Shown here piece by piece: positions 1 to 7,440 of a stretch of DNA of 32,000 nt. The position numbers and the translations under genes are program-made. The DNA lies in assembly GCA_937888485.1 (NCBI GenBank), contig CALAQQ010000275.1, positions 1-32,000 on the forward strand, read 5' to 3'. The notes beneath the pieces are model-generated. The model worked only from the letters and a program-made list of their open reading frames with translations. It was not told the DNA's origin and searched no databases. How positions within the stretch are numbered: position 1 is the first letter of the stretch; the number at the start of each line of letters is the position of its first letter. Source of the stretch: an uncultured Clostridia bacterium. Lineage in GTDB: Bacteria; Bacillota; Clostridia; Oscillospirales; Acutalibacteraceae.

Positions 1-196
1 GTTCGTCCTCACGCTCAATACGGGACGATTCCTCCTCATCGAGGGAGGATTTCACGAAGCCGCTGTCGATGCCGTAGTTTTCAATAAGCTCCTTTATTTC
101 CTGAGGAGTGGGACTTATAACGGAAACCCAGCAGCCTTCGGTAAAATTATCGGTCAGAGCCATTCTGCCGTTTGTGTAAGTATAGAAATTGATCAT
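1..196 (-). CDS. corA: CorA-family magnesium/cobalt transporter, first 65 codons only (gene continues past window start)
   Basis: Absent from the ORF track because it is edge-truncated. The reverse complement from ATG 196..194 reads MINFYTYTNGRMALTDNFTEGCWVSVISPTPQEIKELIENYGIDSGFVKSSLDEEESSRIEREDE with no stop to position 1. The CW..I.P...EI ... LDEEE.SRIE.ED pattern is the usual N-terminal cytoplasmic domain of Firmicute CorA proteins. Confidence 0.65.
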   Translation of the reverse strand, partial: MINFYTYTNGRMALTDNFTEGCWVSVISPTPQEIKELIENYGIDSGFVKSSLDEEESSRIEREDE

Positions 197-398
197 AGCA
201 AAGCATAGCCTGCGTATGCAGACATTCCTCCTTTCGCCTGTTACAGAGATATACAGGCAAGGAGAATCAGCTTTATTTGCAGATACAACGATGCGGTATA
301 TATCTCATAGACATATTATTCATACTATTCCCATAAGGGTCGGAACTCATAACCGCACCACCTTTTCGTTTTATTTGCAGGGATAATTCCCCTTATAC

Positions 399-427
399 AT
401 TATATCACACAATTCGCATTTTTACAA
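399..427 (-). promoter_or_regulatory. Sigma-A type promoter for corA (TTGTAA-17 nt-TATAAT with TG extension)
   Basis: The minus strand reads TTGTAA (427..422), a 17 nt spacer ending in TGTGA, then TATAAT (404..399). This leaves a leader of about 195 nt before the corA ATG. Confidence 0.55.
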
Positions 428-465
428 GAGATTTTTTTAAAATTGTTCAGATAAAATTGATTGCA

Positions 466-493
466 GCAAAAAGGACACGTTTTGCGGTGTCCT
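466..493 (-). terminator. Rho-independent terminator after dpaB
   Basis: The minus strand reads AGGACAC-CGCAAAAC-GTGTCCT followed by TTTTTGC. A second 10 bp hairpin (AAGGGGACGC/GCGTCCCCTT, 526..558) lies directly after the dpaB stop. Confidence 0.6.
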
Positions 494-562
494 CAATCTG
501 TAGAAAAAGTTATAATAAATGTTTTAAGGGGACGCTTTCTCTTGCAGAGCGTCCCCTTAAAA

Positions 563-1147
563 TTAGTTTATAATCGGTCTTAACTGAATTCCGTCGAATG
601 CTGCTGCTACCGCTTCGGGAATAAGCTCAAACTGTGCCACAAGTGATGCAGGCTTACGTAGAATATCATCCTGTAACATAGGCACAAAATAATAATTTTT
701 TCTGTTGAAAAGCTCTCCGATATTCTTCGCAGAACCCAACAGTGAATCATTTGAAGCTATGGCAAGCACTACAGGTTTTCCGCTTCTCAGATGTGATTTA
801 ACCGCCATTGTCACCGCTGTGTCAGTTATTCCGCAGGCAAGCTTCGCCGCCGTATTCGATGTACAGGGCGCTACAAGCATAATATCTGTCATGTTTTCAG
901 GGCCGATATGTTCAGCTTCTGCTATATCGGATATAACAGGTCTGCCGCATATATCCTCCAGCCGTTTCAGATTTTCCTCATTGCTTCCGAAACGTGTGGA
1001 CAGTTCTGCCACATTCTCCGACATTATGGGAATAAGCTCCGCACCCCTTTCACGGAGAATTTCCGCCTGTCTGAAACAGCGTTCAAAAGAACAGAAAGAA
1101 CCTGTCATCGCAAATCCGATACGTTTTCCCTTGAAATCATCACTCAC
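563..1147 (-). CDS. dpaB: Dipicolinate synthase subunit B (SpoVFB, flavoprotein family)
   Basis: The ORF 563..1165 translation matches SpoVFB throughout (KGKRIGFAMTGSFCS ... APCTSNTAAKLA ... FVPMLQDD). The preferred start is GTG 1147, because AAAGGGGA lies 7 nt upstream and gives MSDDFKGKRIGF, like B. subtilis MSSLKGKRIGF. The ATG at 1165 has no SD. Confidence 0.88.
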   Translation of the reverse strand: MSDDFKGKRIGFAMTGSFCSFERCFRQAEILRERGAELIPIMSENVAELSTRFGSNEENLKRLEDICGRPVISDIAEAEHIGPENMTDIMLVAPCTSNTAAKLACGITDTAVTMAVKSHLRSGKPVVLAIASNDSLLGSAKNIGELFNRKNYYFVPMLQDDILRKPASLVAQFELIPEAVAAAFDGIQLRPIIN

Positions 1148-1991
1148 AAATATTTCCCCTTTCATTAATCATTCCGATAACAGTTTCCGCTTCGGCATAT
1201 CCTGCGCTGACAGGAGCGTTTTTCCCAGGCAGTCCCAGAGCGTGAATATATCTTATTCCAAGTTTGTCAGCCGCCTTGAAATCCATACCGCCGGGTTTTG
1301 AAGCAAGGTCAATAAACAGCGTATCTTTCGGGAATTTCTCCAGCATATACCCCGAAAGAACGAGTCGGGGAACTGTGTTGAATACAAGGCAGTAATCGCC
1401 GTTTATATCCTCTGTGCTGATACTTTCAATACCCATAGCGGCTGCTTTTGCTGCCCCTTTTTCATTGCGTACAGCTGCGGTAACTCTGCTTCCGAAGCCC
1501 TTTAAAATCTGAGCAAGCGCCATACCGATTCTGCCCAGTCCCACTATGAGAACAGGTAAGCCGTTAAGTGTAACAGACAGACGTTCAAGTGCAAGCATAA
1601 CTGCCGCTTCCGCTGTGGGAACGGCATTTTTTATTGCCAGTTCCTCTCTGTCCATGTAGGCGGATATTTCGTGGGACGGAAAAAATGCTGCTGTTTTTTT
1701 CTCAGCTGTTCCCGTAAATATTACGGCGTCCTCTGTCAGCAGGTTTTCCACTGCTGAAACTGTTAATTCTCCCGAATACAAAGGCGAAAACAGCTTTCCC
1801 GCTTCATCGGGGGGAGGTACGGGAAGCACTGCAAATCTGCATTTTTCCGATGCAGGCTGTACACCTGAAATTTCCTTGAAGGCTGTGTCATCAAAGCCTG
1901 TGTAACAGACCTCAAAATCTCTGCTGAGCCGCTGCGCACAGTAAATCTGCCGCAAGTCGCCTCCTGCAATAAGTATTTTTTCTTTTTTCAT
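1140..1991 (-). CDS. dpaA: Dipicolinate synthase subunit A (SpoVFA, NAD-binding dehydrogenase-like)
   Basis: 283 aa. It has MKKEKILIAGGDLRQ at the N-terminus, the Rossmann motif VGLGRIGMA, and ASKPGGMDF near the C-terminus, all typical of SpoVFA. It overlaps dpaB in operon fashion. Confidence 0.9.
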   Translation of the reverse strand: MKKEKILIAGGDLRQIYCAQRLSRDFEVCYTGFDDTAFKEISGVQPASEKCRFAVLPVPPPDEAGKLFSPLYSGELTVSAVENLLTEDAVIFTGTAEKKTAAFFPSHEISAYMDREELAIKNAVPTAEAAVMLALERLSVTLNGLPVLIVGLGRIGMALAQILKGFGSRVTAAVRNEKGAAKAAAMGIESISTEDINGDYCLVFNTVPRLVLSGYMLEKFPKDTLFIDLASKPGGMDFKAADKLGIRYIHALGLPGKNAPVSAGYAEAETVIGMINERGNICE

Positions 1992-2298
1992 TGGCTGCTC
2001 CTTTTTGAATCTTTTTTCTACTTCGTATTATATGGCTGTTTTGAAAAAAAGGTTACAGTAAGAGTGTGCTAACAATTTTTTCGTTTCCGCAAGTAAACAA
2101 TCCAGCTTTTTTCATTTTTTTCTGATATAATATAAAGGAACCTCTAAAAACCTTACTCACAGCTGAATTTTTATGACAAAATCCTTTACTGCACTGTCAT
2201 GCCTTGTAAATGATATTCGTCATGTACGAAATTCCGCACGTGTTCCGGTTTTTAGAGAACCCCATAATTGTGATAAAAATAACAAAAGGAGGTTCTGT

Positions 2299-2736
2299 GT
2301 GAAAACCGTTGAAATATTCTCAGACGGTGCTTGCAGCGGTAATCCCGGACCCGGCGGCTATGGTACAATTCTCCGCTTTGGAACAATTGAAAAAGAACTT
2401 TCCGGCGGCGATGCACATACAACAAATAACCGTATGGAGCTTATGGGAGTTATCGCAGGACTTTCCGCACTGAAAGAGCCTTGCAAAGTAATACTCACCA
2501 CCGACAGCAAATATGTGGTTGACAGTATAACTAAAGGCTGGGTTTACAGCTGGCAGAAAAAAGGCTGGAAAAAAGCTGACGGAAAACCTGCTCTCAATGT
2601 TGACCTGTGGGAAAAACTTCTACCCTTGCTGGAACGCCACGACGTCACCTTCAACTGGGTCAAAGGTCATGCAGGTCATCCCGAAAACGAAAGATGCGAC
2701 CGCCTTGCCGTCGCTCAGAGAGATATACATTCCTGA
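2299..2736 (+). CDS. rnhA: Ribonuclease HI
   Basis: The translation [19 protein letters not shown] ... TTNNRMEL ... TDSKYV ... [18 protein letters not shown] is colinear with E. coli RNase HI, including the DEDD residues. The start is GTG 2299, with AAAGGAGG at 2285..2292. The track ORF start at 2173 is an unsupported extension. Confidence 0.92.
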   Translation: MKTVEIFSDGACSGNPGPGGYGTILRFGTIEKELSGGDAHTTNNRMELMGVIAGLSALKEPCKVILTTDSKYVVDSITKGWVYSWQKKGWKKADGKPALNVDLWEKLLPLLERHDVTFNWVKGHAGHPENERCDRLAVAQRDIHS

Positions 2737-2748
2737 AAGAGGTTTAAT

Positions 2749-3675
2749 ATGGAAAGAAAAAGATTTATTTATGCCGACAATGCGGCAACTACAGCTGTTT
2801 CAGATGAAGTTCTCAGCGCTATGATGCCGCACTTCCAGACGGCTTACGGCAACGCTTCAAGCATTTACGAATTGGGACGAAGTGCTCAGCGTGATATTGA
2901 AATTGCCCGTGAAAAAGTTGCAAAGGCTATCGGTGCTGATCCCATTGAAATTATCTTTACCAGCTGCGGCTCAGAGTCCGACAACTGGGCTATCAAGGGC
3001 ACAGCTGAGCAGATGGCTAAAAAAGGAAAGAAACATATCATCACTTCTGTAATTGAACATCATGCTGTACTCCATACTACGGAATATCTTGAAAAACAGG
3101 GCTTTGAGGTAACATATATCCCCGTTGACGATAAGGGACTTATCAATGCCGAAGATGTCCGCAATGCTATCCGTGAGGATACAGCACTTGTAACAATTAT
3201 GTATGCCAACAACGAAATCGGCACAATTCAGCCTATTGCCGAAATCGGCAAAATCTGCCGCGAGGCAGGGGCGGTTTTTCACACCGATGCCGTACAGGCC
3301 GCGGGTAAGACGGAGATCGACGTCAGGAAAACGCCGGTCGACATGCTCTCGCTGAGCGGACACAAGTTTCACGCGCCGAAAGGAATCGGCATTCTGTACG
3401 TTCGCCGCGGAGTGAAATTGAAGCAGTTCATGCTCGGCGGACACCAGGAAGGCCGCCGCCGCAAAGCGGAGCTCCTTGACGCGCGAAAGGGCGAGAGAGT
3501 GGGAGGATACTTCCATCACAACGTATTGACAACCTTTTTTCTTCATAAGTGCAAACAAGCAAAAAATCCATATTTGCGGCAATGCCGAAACAACGGTCGC
3601 CGCCAAACTCACATTCTAATTGATTTCCGAGATATGTTGCATTGTCATCAAGGAATTTTACGGTCTTTCCGTTAG
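2749..3675 (+). pseudogene. nifS: Cysteine desulfurase (NifS/IscS class V aminotransferase), 3'-truncated and compositionally chimeric
   Basis: Residues 1 to ~234 are typical NifS ([33 protein letters not shown]-lysine motif [17 protein letters not shown]). Homology ends at about 3450..3462. The expected RAGTENV segment and the catalytic SSGSACTS cysteine loop are absent from this ORF and from every ORF in the window. The remaining reading frame to 3675 is antisense to the next gene. Confidence 0.75.
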
Positions 3676-4261
3676 GAAGACGGTATTCGAGGTTGATATA
3701 ACCGCCCACGAGAGCATTAAGCTTTTCAACCTTCGGCATTCCTTCGATATGTAAATCATTGAATTCGCTGATGAGCTGTTGCTTGAATTCCTCAAACTTT
3801 TCTGCACCGTCAAGATTTTTATATTGCTTCCAGTAATTCAGCTTCGGCAGCATATCTTTCATATAAGCACGAGCCTGTTCCGAAGAAAACTCTTCGTTTG
3901 CCATATTCTGCACGCAGACCTCAATTAAATCATCCATATTATGATACATATATTCGCCGTCAGCATAGCACCATTTACAGTATTCTTCGTTAAAAAAGCC
4001 GTCTGTTTCCTTGCTGATATTACAGTCTTCAAGCGGCATACCGCAGCATTGGCAAACGAGTTTTTGCGGAGAGCCTAAAAGAGTATTGATTGAAACATCA
4101 AACAGCTTTGATAAAAGCTTCAGAGTTTCCGTGTTAGGGGTTGTTTCACCGTTCTCCCATCGGCTGACCGCCTGGCGGGTAACAAAAACCTTTTCGGCAA
4201 GTTCATCCTGTGATAAACCTTTTTTCGTTCTGAGTTCAAGAATAATATCTTTTGTTTCCAT
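3428..4261 (-). CDS. XRE-family HTH regulator fused to a zinc-ribbon domain and a C-terminal domain of unknown function
   Basis: The N-terminus [45 protein letters not shown] is a canonical HTH_3. It is followed by CQCCGMPL ... YCKWCY (4-Cys ribbon). The last 36 codons (3428..3538) run antisense into GC-rich nifS sequence, so they look like a junction-derived tail rather than the native C-terminus. Confidence 0.8.
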   Translation of the reverse strand: METKDIILELRTKKGLSQDELAEKVFVTRQAVSRWENGETTPNTETLKLLSKLFDVSINTLLGSPQKLVCQCCGMPLEDCNISKETDGFFNEEYCKWCYADGEYMYHNMDDLIEVCVQNMANEEFSSEQARAYMKDMLPKLNYWKQYKNLDGAEKFEEFKQQLISEFNDLHIEGMPKVEKLNALVGGYINLEYRLPNGKTVKFLDDNATYLGNQLECEFGGDRCFGIAANMDFLLVCTYEEKRLSIRCDGSILPLSRPFARQGAPLCGGGLPGVRRA

Positions 4262-4346
4262 AAATTTATCACCTCAGTATTATTCTAACACCGAATGTTT
4301 TAATGAACAAGCAACTCGCTGTTGCTTTTGCTTGATTAACATGAAT

Positions 4347-5063
4347 TTATCTGTGAGCCTTGAAATCTATTCCTGCTTTTCTTGCTTGACTGCACAGGTC
4401 TTTTGTCTGCAATTTGTATTCCTTACCGTCTTTGATGAAATGAGTTCCGCATTGTCTGAATTCAAAGGATACGTTTTTACGAACACACTGTTCTCTGATA
4501 TCAAGTGCCCAATCATAATCAAACGCCCGTGCACAATAATCCGACTCTCCGCCGACAACTACAAGTTCAATATTATCAAGATACGGTTCGATATGTATTT
4601 TTTCAAGCAACGGTTGTGCAGTAATACATTTGTGCTTTATCGGAAGTGATTTGAATAATGACAGTCTTTTATCCGCATTTTTTTGATTTTCAACAGTACA
4701 GCACACAACAACATTCTCATATCCATCGCCCCAATCGTCAGGGACACAATCTGCAAACCTTTCTATTCGTTTAGTGAGAAAAAGAAAAGTACAGTCTTGT
4801 CGTTGTTTTATCATATCCCAGCACTCTTTGCGCCACTCGTCCGCTTCTTCTATCAGAAAATCCGTTGAAAAGCAAAGGTAAACCATTCCTGCTTTCATTT
4901 TGTAGTTTCCGTTTTTTAACCGCTCAACAGGTTTGTAAAAATCTTTTGTTTTTATAATATCGTTTGTATTAACACCACGTTTTGCATCGCCTTTGTGTAT
5001 ATAGCAATGCAGACATCCTTCACTGCATTTTTTACAACCTCGCCACGGATTCCACATAGCCAT
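4347..5063 (-). CDS. DUF5131 / phage Gp37-Gp68 family protein (radical-SAM-like Cys cluster)
   Basis: It shows the family hallmarks MAMWNPWRGCKKCSEGCLHCY (WNP..GC...S.GC..CY), FLTKRIERF, VVVGGESDYCARAFDYDW and FEFRQCG. The start chosen is ATG 5063 (GGAG 11 nt upstream). The track start at 5072 is GTG, only 2 nt from the SD. Confidence 0.8.
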   Translation of the reverse strand: MAMWNPWRGCKKCSEGCLHCYIHKGDAKRGVNTNDIIKTKDFYKPVERLKNGNYKMKAGMVYLCFSTDFLIEEADEWRKECWDMIKQRQDCTFLFLTKRIERFADCVPDDWGDGYENVVVCCTVENQKNADKRLSLFKSLPIKHKCITAQPLLEKIHIEPYLDNIELVVVGGESDYCARAFDYDWALDIREQCVRKNVSFEFRQCGTHFIKDGKEYKLQTKDLCSQARKAGIDFKAHR

Positions 5064-5092
5064 AATAAACACTTCTCCAACTTCTTATTTAT

Positions 5093-5407
5093 CTATCTCT
5101 TTTTCTTCGGTAACGGGAGTTCATCATACATAGCGTTGAAAAGCTCTGCAAGAAAATCTCTGTTGTCAACATCATCGACGAGCAGCATTTCTTTTGCTCC
5201 CTCATAAGGCAATTCAAAAGTTGCATCGGGCATAAGAGCAACAGCCGATTTGACGGGCTTCACAAGCAGTCTATCATCATAAATTCCGCCGATGATTTTG
5301 CCTCTATAGTAGAGGATATATTCTCCCATCATCGCTCTGTATGTTACATCATCCAGTTCGGATAACTGTTCTAAAATGAATTCCAAATATTCCTTACTTG
5401 AAGCCAT
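5093..5407 (-). CDS. TfoX N-terminal domain protein
   Basis: MASSKEYLEFILEQLSELDDVTYRAMMGEYILYYRGKIIGGIYDDRLLVKP ... matches the small TfoX/Sxy N-domain family. The start is ATG 5407, with GAGG 6 nt upstream. It lies 20 nt upstream of the DUF5131 gene on the same strand. Confidence 0.7.
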   Translation of the reverse strand: MASSKEYLEFILEQLSELDDVTYRAMMGEYILYYRGKIIGGIYDDRLLVKPVKSAVALMPDATFELPYEGAKEMLLVDDVDNRDFLAELFNAMYDELPLPKKKR

Positions 5408-5543
5408 AATGTACCTCGTAAAAATTTTTATCATCTTAATCATATCACATAAAGCCTGAAAATTCCACCGTGTTTTTTGTGCCGTTCATATACAAAGGTA
5501 CTGATTACTCTGCACATATGGAAATGATCAGACCGTGTTTTTT

Positions 5544-5575
5544 GCCCCGCTTCGTGCGGGGCTTTTTCTTTTTGT
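5544..5575 (+). terminator. Strong intrinsic terminator on the plus strand with no annotated upstream plus-strand gene
   Basis: GCCCCGC-TTCGT-GCGGGGC followed by TTTTTCTTTTT. The opposite strand has no U-run. Confidence 0.6.
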
Positions 5576-5689
5576 TCCGCTTACTTGGATTTGTTATAAA
5601 ATTTTTCTCCAACCTTTGGAACATTTTGGCTTTCTTGTGTCGTATATGGTTGGAGGGCAAAATCATTATCACAAAAGAAAGGAGAATTT

Positions 5690-6613
5690 ATGAAGAATTC
5701 AAACGACTCTCTTATTCTCGGTATTGACCACGGATACGGGAATATCAAAACAGCAAACAAGACTTTTGGAACGGGTGTTTATGTGAGCGACACCGAGCCT
5801 GCTTTCAAAGACAATTTGCTTACGTGGAACGGTAAATATTACACAATCGGTGAAGGTCACAAGGAGTTCGTTGCCGACAAAATACAGGATATGGATTACT
5901 ATGTTCTGACCTTGGCAGCTGTCGCTTACGAGCTTCGTGCACGTGGACTGCGTGAGGCTAAAGTTCACTTGGCGGCAGGTCTTCCTCTGACCTGGCTCAC
6001 TGCACAGAAGGAAGCTTTCCGCAGCTACCTTTTGCAGAACAAAGAGGTTGAATTCAGCTTCAACGGCATTGACTACAGGGTCGAGTTTACGGGTGCGGAT
6101 ATTTTTCCGCAGGGGTTTGCCGCTATTGCGGACAGAATTCACGAATTCAGCGGAACAAATATGCTCTGCGATATCGGCAACGGTACGATGAACGTTATGC
6201 TTATCAATGAGAAGAAACCCGAAAACCGAAGATGCTTCACGGAGAAATTCGGCACTCAGCAATGCGTGATTCAGGCAAAAGAAGATATGATGCGCACTCA
6301 CCACGCAACGGTTGACGAATCGGTTATCACCCGTGTGCTTCGTTTCGGCAAAGCGGATATTGCGGATGAATTTCTTGAAACGATTACGAAATCCGCAAAG
6401 AACTATGTTGCCGAGATCTTCCGCAATCTTCGCGAACACGGCTACGACCCGAGAATGATGCGACTGACGGTTGTGGGCGGTGGCGGATGCCTGATTAAGA
6501 ATTTTGCCGACTGCGACAAATCACGAATTACCGTTATTGATGATATCCGTGCAACCGCAAAGGGTTATGAACGGCTTGCAACGAGGCAACGAAAAAGAAG
6601 TGGCAACAAATGA
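5690..6613 (+). CDS. parM: ParM/StbA-family actin-like segregation ATPase
   Basis: The actin-fold motifs are present: GIDHGYGNIKT (phosphate 1), CDIGNGTMN (phosphate 2) and VVGGGG (adenosine). A strong SD, AAAGGAG, precedes the ATG. Confidence 0.8.
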   Translation: MKNSNDSLILGIDHGYGNIKTANKTFGTGVYVSDTEPAFKDNLLTWNGKYYTIGEGHKEFVADKIQDMDYYVLTLAAVAYELRARGLREAKVHLAAGLPLTWLTAQKEAFRSYLLQNKEVEFSFNGIDYRVEFTGADIFPQGFAAIADRIHEFSGTNMLCDIGNGTMNVMLINEKKPENRRCFTEKFGTQQCVIQAKEDMMRTHHATVDESVITRVLRFGKADIADEFLETITKSAKNYVAEIFRNLREHGYDPRMMRLTVVGGGGCLIKNFADCDKSRITVIDDIRATAKGYERLATRQRKRSGNK

Positions 6614-6870
6614 ATATCAAGAAAATATCCGTGCGATTTAACCTTGATAAAGAAGCTGACAGCAAAGCTTGGCACTATCTTCGCTCTGTCAAAGGTCAGT
6701 CATACACTGAAACAGTAATCAATGCTCTGTTGAATCACGACCTGGCTGACCTCATTGAAGAAAAATTTGTCGGTATGAAACTTCAGGCACCACCCGAAGA
6801 AAAACAAATAAGCGAGATTGAACAAGAGGAAAATGATGATATCATCTTCAATTTTCTCGACAGCTTTTAG
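6610..6870 (+). CDS. Small ribbon-helix-helix-like protein, probable ParR-type centromere-binding partner with an acidic tail
   Basis: It is translationally coupled to parM (ATGA overlap at 6610..6613). The N-terminal KKISVRFNLDKEADSKAWHYL fits a beta-strand plus helix RHH pattern. The function is inferred from position only. Confidence 0.5.
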   Translation: MNIKKISVRFNLDKEADSKAWHYLRSVKGQSYTETVINALLNHDLADLIEEKFVGMKLQAPPEEKQISEIEQEENDDIIFNFLDSF

Positions 6871-6933
6871 TGACGGCATTTTTGCCGTCACTTTTGTTAT
6901 GCCGAAAAAACTATGACGGCACTTTTGCCGTCA
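6871..6933. repeat. Two copies of a 20 bp palindrome TGACGGCA-N4-TGCCGTCA
   Basis: 6871..6890 is tgacggcatttttgccgtca and 6914..6933 is tgacggcacttttgccgtca (19/20 identical, 43 bp centre to centre). The first copy is followed by CTTTTGTT and may double as the parM-operon terminator. Confidence 0.7.
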
Positions 6934-6937
6934 ACCC

Positions 6938-7070
6938 GAAACGGACTGTTTTGATAACCGCCCTCCTAAACGAAACAGTCCGCTTCATTTTGAGAAACGG
7001 ATAAATCCGAAAAATATCTGTTTCTTCAGTCTTAGCAAGCATTGGATTTATTGTAATAAATCCGCTTGCG
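6938..7070 (+). promoter_or_regulatory. Inverted-repeat cluster upstream of mobC, candidate oriT
   Basis: There is a perfect 10 bp IR, CGGACTGTTT (6942..6951) / AAACAGTCCG (6973..6982). There is also a composite IR, GCAAGC-att-GGATTTATT-gt-AATAAATCC-GCTTGC (7035..7069). The direct repeat ATAAATCCG occurs twice, at ~7001..7009 and 7056..7064. The position immediately 5' of mobC-relaxase is the usual oriT location. Confidence 0.5.
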
Positions 7071-7110
7071 GGGTAAACCCCGAGAATCAAAAAAGAAAGG
7101 AATGAACATT

Positions 7111-7440
7111 ATGCAGAAAAGAATCCACCGAGTAACCGTTTGCCTTACAGAAGAAGAACACCTCAGGCTCAATGAGATGTGTAAGGCAACCGGACTCACA
7201 ATGTCAAAGCTGATAAGATTTCTGCTCAGCGGCTATTTACCTGCACAGGCTCCTCCTGCCGAGTATGCTGTGCTGATAAAAGAACTGCGTGCAGTCGGCA
7301 ACAATCTTAATCAGCTTGCAAGAATCGTCCATTCGGGCGGTTATCTGAATACTGCCGAGCTTGAGAAAGCTTGCAAAAAATTCAATGAGGTTTCGGAAAA
7401 GGTTGACGAAGCCTTTGCACCCAAAAGAGCATGGCAGTAA
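7111..7440 (+). CDS. mobC: MobC-family relaxosome accessory protein
   Basis: RVTVCLTEEEHLRLNEMC (RHH-like) plus the signature LRAVGNNLNQLARIVHSGGY. The preferred start is ATG 7111 (GAAAGG 10 nt upstream). The track start at 7066 is a TTG lying inside the IR cluster. Confidence 0.8.
   Translation: MQKRIHRVTVCLTEEEHLRLNEMCKATGLTMSKLIRFLLSGYLPAQAPPAEYAVLIKELRAVGNNLNQLARIVHSGGYLNTAELEKACKKFNEVSEKVDEAFAPKRAWQ

Noticed and set aside
189-386. 65 aa plus-strand ORF between corA and dpaB
   Set aside because: It lies antisense within the corA leader, has no SD, and has low-complexity composition. It is better explained as non-coding leader sequence.
197-400. M-box (Mg2+) riboswitch upstream of corA
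   Set aside because: The context fits, but I could not find the conserved M-box core sequence by eye. It is kept only as a hypothesis to test with a covariance model, not as a feature.
705-1301. 198 aa and 86 aa plus-strand ORFs (705..1301, 908..1168)
   Set aside because: They are antisense to the well-supported dpaB/dpaA genes, with no start context. They are typical shadow ORFs.
2173-2298. N-terminal extension of rnhA from ATG 2173
   Set aside because: RNase HI homology begins at the GTG at 2299, which has a perfect SD. The 42 extra codons have no homology and no SD.
2971-3612. 213 aa minus-strand ORF
   Set aside because: It is entirely antisense to the conserved nifS reading frame and the GC-rich patch. 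It is a shadow ORF.
3428-3675. Genuine overlapping convergent genes (nifS tail versus XRE tail)
   Set aside because: Both overlapping tails lack homology to their families. The overlap is better explained as a recombination junction that removed both native stops.
4011-4649. 212 aa plus-strand ORF
   Set aside because: It is antisense across the XRE and DUF5131 genes and the intergenic gap, with no homology signal.
5699-6439. 246 aa minus-strand ORF
   Set aside because: It is antisense to parM, which has clear actin-fold motifs.
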